A DNA stretch of 64,000 nucleotides from Balanoglossus misakiensis. Its lineage: Eukaryota; Animalia; Hemichordata. Shown here piece by piece: positions 58,750-64,000 of this stretch (position 1 is the first letter of the stretch; every line of letters begins with the position of its first letter). The stretch covers positions 19,143,028 through 19,207,027 of the forward strand of contig CM082576.2 in assembly GCA_040954595.2 (NCBI GenBank), read 5' to 3'. The notes under the pieces are model-generated. The model did not search any database. It saw nothing but the letters and a program-made list of their open reading frames with translations, and had not been told where the DNA came from. The translations under genes were made by a program, and so were the position numbers.

Positions 58750-61700
58750 CATCCATACATAAATACAGACGCAACTGATTCCATAAGGCCCATGGTACAT
58801 ACCATATGGGACCTAAAAACTGCAGAAGCTACACAAAACATTAATACTGAAAACATGGCAAACAGTTGTTGCTAACGGGGTTTTAAATCTCCCTTATAGA
58901 TATTTTTGAACTCCCAATTTATGATTATTGACTGTTTGATTGATTAGATGTTGCACAAATGATAGTATTATCAAAGTAAATAATATCTGTGAGAAATTTC
59001 TTTTCATATTTATTTGAATATGGATAGGGTAAGATGGGGGTTAAACAAAACTACATTTGTTCAAAAGTGGCAAAAACACAAATATGCAAAAATCACTATA
59101 ATTGTACACCATCTTACTTAAATCACTACAAGGAACATTCCTGTCAAAGTTCAAAGCAATCTGACAAGCGCTTTCAGACACAGCGAATTTGATAACCATC
59201 TACAAATATATTTTTATTTTTTAAACAATTCTTTTACAACACCTTACTTGGGTTACCCCCCTAGGAATCTGCATTCTGAGCAAAAATTACAAAATTGCTC
59301 AAAATTATAAATATACCAATTTCACAACAATTTGCAATTTGAACAAAAACTATGGCTTTCAGAAAGGAAGATTTTTCTTTACCAATAATGCAGTAAAAGA
59401 CAAAACAATAAAAATAGAAAATTCATAATATTAGCTCAAAACAAAACATACAGGACTGTATGGCATTTATTGACATTTATAAGAATATGGACAGGGTATG
59501 ATAGGGGGGGGGGGGAATTATAAATTCCAAGGGGGTCATCAATTTTTTGTCATAGCTTTTTGGGGCCATAGAAAAAATAACCTAAAAAGTAGGAAATCCT
59601 ACGTCCCCCTAAGCTTTCATTCTGGCCAACAACTTTTTATGAAGGCTTCTGCAGTTGTTAAAAACAGATTGCCTGCTATGTTAGACTATCAATCTATAGA
59701 GGGGATGAAAAATGTCCTTTTGTCAAGTGTCTGGATTTTGATAACTTCAACAGGTAAAAATATATTTGTAGATGTTTATCAAATTCGCTATGTCTGAAAC
59801 AGTATGCTTGCAAATGTATTAATATAGTCAGATAATATGAATAGTGAAGATAGCAAAACAAACAGGTTTATGCTTATAGCCATAACTTCTATTAGTGATG
59901 TACATGTTGTACTTAGCAAATAATTGTTATGATCAACTTGGTTTTTATTGCACAAGATCTTTTTATTGCATCCATGTTTCGTTTCATTCTGGATAATAGT
60001 CTGTCTAAATAAGTTAACAGGCTTGATGAGGGTTATTTTAAACAGTGTTCTCAAAAAACCTGCAATGTCATGCCCTATATTTATAAAGTTGAGGAGAGGT
60101 TGTATTCCTAGCAGGATGTTGAAATCATTGGAGGACAAACCCTGCCAGTACCAAAAGTTGCTGGGTGTTATAAATGTTTGAGTAACCCCCCCCCCCCCTT
60201 CCCCAATAACACAATATATACTAAAACATTTTTACAACATCTTACTCAGTTTACCCTTAGGAATATGCCTACCAAATCAATCTGGCATGCAGTTTTAAAG
60301 AAAAAAAAAATGACCAAAAGTGGCAAAAATTGCTCAAAATTAAAATATGCAAATTTTTCAACAATTTGAACAAAACTTTGGTTACTCAGACAACCATTAG
60401 AAGCTTCATACTAAAATTCAAAGAATGAGGCCTATAACTTTAAGAAATGATGATTTCTTTACCAATAATGTGGAATAATACAAAAAATGCATAAAAGATT
60501 TTTGGCATAAAAAATTAAAAATCGATCATATTAGCTCAAAACATACAGGACTGTTTGAGGAAGACATAAGGTACATGCATACTGATTTTCAAATGAATGT
60601 GACCAGTGGTTGTTGAGTTTGAGTTTTTACCAATTTCACATTTTCCTAGCTAATTTGCATATTTTTGGCAATGACAGCTTCATTTGAACAAACTCCAATC
60701 TTCAGCCTGGCCTGCATCTACACACCAAATATCGAGGTCATATGCCCAGCGGTTTTCAAGTTTGTGATGTGGACGGACATACAGACATACATACATACAT
60801 CAACCGATATCATAAGGTCCCATGGTAAAGCAAATGGGACCTTACAAAACTATGATAACTCAGATCACCTATGAAGCTTCATACTAAATTTCAAATAAGT
60901 CAGCTGATCAATTCCAGAAAAGCAGATTTTCTACCGATAATGTGGAAAGAGACAAAAAATACATAAAAAATCGAAAATTCACATTACCTCACAACATATA
61001 GAACTGTGTGAGGTTAACATAACTTACAGGAATACCAATTTTCAATTTTGAAAGCAATTTGCTCAGTAGTTGTCGAGTTCCCGAGTTTGGACGAATTTGA
61101 CACTTTCCCAGCTAATTTGCATATTTTGGCAATGACAACTTCATTTTGACAACTCCCACTTAATGCCCTGCCTGCATCTCCACACTAAATATCAAGGTCA
61201 CATGCCAGTGGTTTCCAAGTGTTTGATATTGATAGACATACAGACAAACATCCATACAGACATCCATATATACAGGTGCAACTGATCCCATAAGGTCCCA
61301 TGGTATAAATACATATACCTGCACCAAATGGGACCTAATAATTCTGATAAAATGCCTACATAGTAAGTTTAAAAACCAATTGTACCTTCAACGTCCTTGG
61401 ACAACAATGGCTAATATTACTTGCCAAGGGCGACTAGAATTTTGGGGGCCTGATGCAATTCTGATACATGTACTTCATGATTTAGAGATATTGTGAAAAT
61501 CCTGTCAACCGAATTACAGGGAAATCAGATTTTCCATGTAAAATCATATCACCCAAAAATGTCAAGTGTCGAAAATAATTTTGAAACAAAAAGTCTACTC
61601 AAAATCATACCAAAATTTAAATTTTAAAGCAGTACGTTAGGCAAGCAATTTGAGAATGAAGAAACTTACAAAAAAATTATAAATTGAAAATAACTTACAA

Positions 61701-62035
61701 ATGCCGTACACAAACTTACAATCACTACCATATTACTGTACAAGTTAAAAGGACATTGTACCAGCAGAGACATTGCGATCGAGCAATCCCCAAGATATAC
61801 ATGACATGGTCTAATTACAAATATTGAATATGTAAAATAGGTACACAACACTTCCATTCTTTCAGTACAGTCAGCTGCTTGTTAACAATAGGCATGTAGC
61901 TATTTCATCAAATTTACAGCCCAAGTCATGCCTATACAATTCTCCCTTAAGCTACCCTAAGTGAGTGATGAAAATCTCATATGGTCGACAATTGATGGCC
62001 GATTTTTGCCATGTTAAAGAAATGGGAGTTCATAA

Positions 62036-62821
62036 GGCTGCATTCACAAACACCTCTGGAGAGGGGGGGGGCAGGAGAATTGAGCGGGGGGGGATCTGAA
62101 AAATTGAAGGTATGTAAGGGGGGATTTGAAATAATTTAGGGACTGAAAGGGGGGACTTGAAAACTTTGACGACTAAATATTTATTTTGAGTCCACAAAAA
62201 TGCAGTTTCGCGCCCTTTATTTTACACCCCCTCCCACACCCACCCCCCTCCATTCATCAACACCTTTCAATCATTAACTGGTTTATCTAGTGTCCCATGT
62301 CAGGGGACTTGCCCCCACCCCATGATAACTTTGAGCGGCGACGGTTAAATTTATCCTCCCCAACATACTGGTAGTTGAGTTAATTTGCTTTTGCCGGGTT
62401 CATAAAAATGCAGCTTTGAGCTCTGTATTTTATAAAATTTTCTTACGTGGGAGGGGGACACCCCTTCCCACACCCACCCCCTTCAATTCCCGGTTTACAA
62501 TGTCTCCCAACACAGAATACAAATACTTAAAAAATAAAAACCATGTTCAGTTTTAATACCCACTGATGAGGGGAAACATCAGTTTCAAAGTCTTTTCATG
62601 GGAGCGCTGTTTTTCTTTTTTACAAGATAGATAAGTGATGTGTTTTGCTCTGTGAAAGAAAATGGGGGGGGGGATTTTAAAATTTTGGCAGTTCAGAAGG
62701 GGGTGGGGGATTTGAAAATATTTCGGGTTGTGTACAGGGGGGGGGGGCATGTGAAAATTAGCAGTAAAAAAATTGAATTCTCCCCCCCCCCCCCCATCCA
62801 GAGGTGTTTGTGAATGGAGCC
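62036..62821. mobile_element. PIF/Harbinger-type MITE
   Basis: TAA TSD; TIR ggctgcattcacaaacacctctgga / tccagaggtgtttgtgaatggagcc; subterminal poly-G / poly-C. Confidence 0.85.
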
Positions 62822-64000
62822 TAAGCTAAAGCTAAAGTGATAATGGGTCATAACAGACAAAATAACAAAATGTGAAAAACATTTAATGAGTTTAATATGC
62901 TAACTACGGAGACAGACATGTTTGACCAAAGCATGAAATACACAAAATGTATCATTTCTTCCACCTCTTACTACAGTGGGTTGTAGACTTTTCGCCCAGA
63001 ATGCAATGTGATTTGACCCCCTAGCGCAAAGTGAAAACCTATTTAAGGCAGCCAGAATTTTCTGCATAGTATGACGGAAACATTTGTAAAGTCATGGCTA
63101 GCGTGGGCTGGTAAGTTTATATGGGGCTCTCCATGATAACCAGTTGTGGCTTAATACCACCACCATAATTTTGAAAGGGCGACTTCACTATTTGATGGGA
63201 AAAGGTAGCCTTTACAAACAAGCTATGGAGCATGTATACAGCAAGTTGTGCTTACCGGAAAGCGGTCTTGGATCAGGCCTAGGTATTCTCTTCCTCCTCC
63301 GGCATACGTTGAAATGCTGTGTTTAAGACTGTGAATCAAATATATGCTTATCAATTAGTAACCAATCAACCTTGCTTTAGAATTATTTGGGCCATACTAA
63401 TTAGTGAAAATATGCAAAACATGGTATAATATAGGGTCAGACTGTGCTGCGATAATGTACGTGGAATACGAATCAGAGAAATCTGTAACAGCGATCTTGA
63501 AACTCCATTTACATCAGTACTGCAGTAAAGTGGTCCACATGGGTATACCACAAACATGGCAGTTAGGTGACAAGTGAAACTGACATCATATCTGTAAACG
63601 ACAGGTGTACACACACTTTGACATCTACGTAACACTGTACAATGATTTCTTAATGTTTGTTGTGAAAATGAAACTTACATTTGATCCACCTCACTTTTCA
63701 TACAACTGGTTAGCGCAAGAATGTAAATTGTTGGCAATTATAAAACATTTATTTTACTATAGAAAAGTAAGCCTTTACATTTAAACTTTGAATATCAGTA
63801 TACTAAAATGTTTCAAACGTGGCTGTCAGTATATCTCATGGCATGGTGGCAGAAGTACATGTTGTTACCAGGGAAGACACATTGAACATAGACAAGCGCA
63901 CTAGTCGCTTGGTGATTTTTCATCTAGATTCTCAAAACTTTCTGTGCATTTGGTAGCTTTGAGCAAGTTTCTGGTACTGAGCTGAGTTTCGAATTTGGAA

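Larger units (their letters stand above)
54289..61340 (+). repeat. Cluster of degenerate HINE/Helentron-like units
   Basis: Recurrent aagcttcatactaaatttc..caggactgtatg..gacataaggtacttgcatacc (about 54510, 55598, 58280, 60401, 60874). Copies end in (ACAG/ACAT)n plus hairpin ggtcccatgg..atgggacctaa (58816, 60842, 61337). Confidence 0.65.

Noticed and set aside
59172-59798. ~45-bp inverted repeat (ttcagaca.agcgaatttgataa.catctacaaatatattttta)
   Set aside because: Real match but no TSD or terminal signature; cannot be called an element
50520-64000. Downstream Sushi/discoidin exons of the uif-like gene
   Set aside because: None recognised; the gene either continues beyond the window or is truncated

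Overview
Eukaryotic, AT-rich, repeat-dominated genomic DNA from a metazoan. A marine invertebrate, possibly a hemichordate-like deuterostome, is an inference from repeat style and gene content only. Nearly all ORFs in the supplied track are spurious read-throughs of tandem repeats. Contents: (1) a ~78-bp satellite (1-12306) interrupted by a 5.1-kb IS3EU-like DNA transposon with ~0.8-0.9-kb TIRs and a 6-bp TSD, carrying a 3'-truncated L1/Tx1 fragment; (2) a decayed RTE-X-like LINE (minus strand) interrupted by a Kolobok-type MITE; (3) a 13-exon + strand gene (24764-36777) encoding C-type lectin, 3 CUB, Sushi and EGF domains that resembles the N-terminal part of uninflatable (uif) but has an in-frame TGA, a destroyed donor and missing exons; (4) a 90-bp satellite (37610-50520) interrupted by a 2.66-kb foldback-like element with inverted 69-bp arrays and a captured BEL/Pao LTR-PBS-gag fragment; (5) many non-autonomous elements: Kolobok, Tc1/mariner, hAT, Harbinger, Crypton-like, Helentron/HINE, a Transib/RAG-like MITE and an L2 tail. 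No rRNA, tRNA or CRISPR is supported. Superfamily calls rest on termini/TSD rules and remembered motifs, not on database searches.
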